A stretch of 63,242 bases of DNA, filler included, from Rhabdomonas costata (taxonomy: Eukaryota), in the NCBI GenBank assembly GCA_019059605.1. It is 57 parts of 57 records of this genome, joined end to end, with 100 filler letters (N's around TTAATTAATTAA, not from the genome) between each part and the next. Parts side by side here need not be neighbours in the genome. Positions count along the whole stretch, not along the records: positions 62,232 to 63,242 come from JAHMHO010033715.1; 56 more parts are not named here. One strand, given 5' to 3'. Positions within the stretch are counted from its first letter, which is position 1; each line of letters begins with the position of its first letter. Of this stretch, positions 63,064 through 63,242 are shown in pieces. A program made the position numbers and the translations under genes. The notes under the pieces were generated by a model. The model searched no databases, was not told where the DNA came from, and worked only from the letters and a program-made list of their open reading frames with translations.

Positions 63064-63242
63064 CTGCGCGGGCGCGGCAGGAGAGAACCAAGTGAGACGA
63101 TAATGGCGAATTAGATAGTGGCAAAAAAAATGCCACGCTACGCAAAGGAAAAAGATGCCACTCTCAAGCAGAGTTTCATTCCTCCACCGTAGGCAACGTA
63201 TCCACAGATTAGGACGACAGGACGACAGACTTCCACCACAAC

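Overview
This is not a contiguous locus. The window is 57 unrelated contigs of about 1,010 bp joined by artificial 100-bp spacers (44 N + TTAATTAATTAA + 44 N), so neighbouring contigs say nothing about gene order. The DNA is an intron-rich eukaryotic nuclear genome: short GC3-rich exons, mostly GT-AG introns, and an EF-1alpha exon with the euglenozoan-type [21 protein letters not shown]. It is most likely a euglenid. G/T-only primer remnants at contig ends point to GenomePlex/WTA-type whole-genome amplification. Recognisable exon fragments: EF-1alpha, Notchless/Rsa4, ADA2, METTL3/MT-A70, alpha-kinase, sAC-like class III cyclase, 5'-nucleotidase, GH5 hydrolase, bacterial-type DRE-TIM aldolase, XRN-like, DEAH helicase, SLC35-like transporter, PPR, SAM, PDI-like, and a BACK-like+DysF protein. 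Mobile DNA: two decayed Ty3/Gypsy pol fragments, a LINE-like C-terminus, a Merlin/IS1595-like remnant and at least three dispersed repeat families. Best leads: (1) a non-GT-AG, stem-forming euglenid-type nonconventional intron in ADA2, and possibly an intermediate one in METTL3; (2) a putative tRNA-derived SINE family with conserved stems; (3) a structured foldback repeat with partial twister-like motifs; (4) a 54-bp repeat family linked to a Merlin-like element; (5) an intron-containing bacterial-type aldolase (HGT candidate). All protein identifications are by motif recognition, not database search. No complete multi-gene system can be supported from fragments this short.
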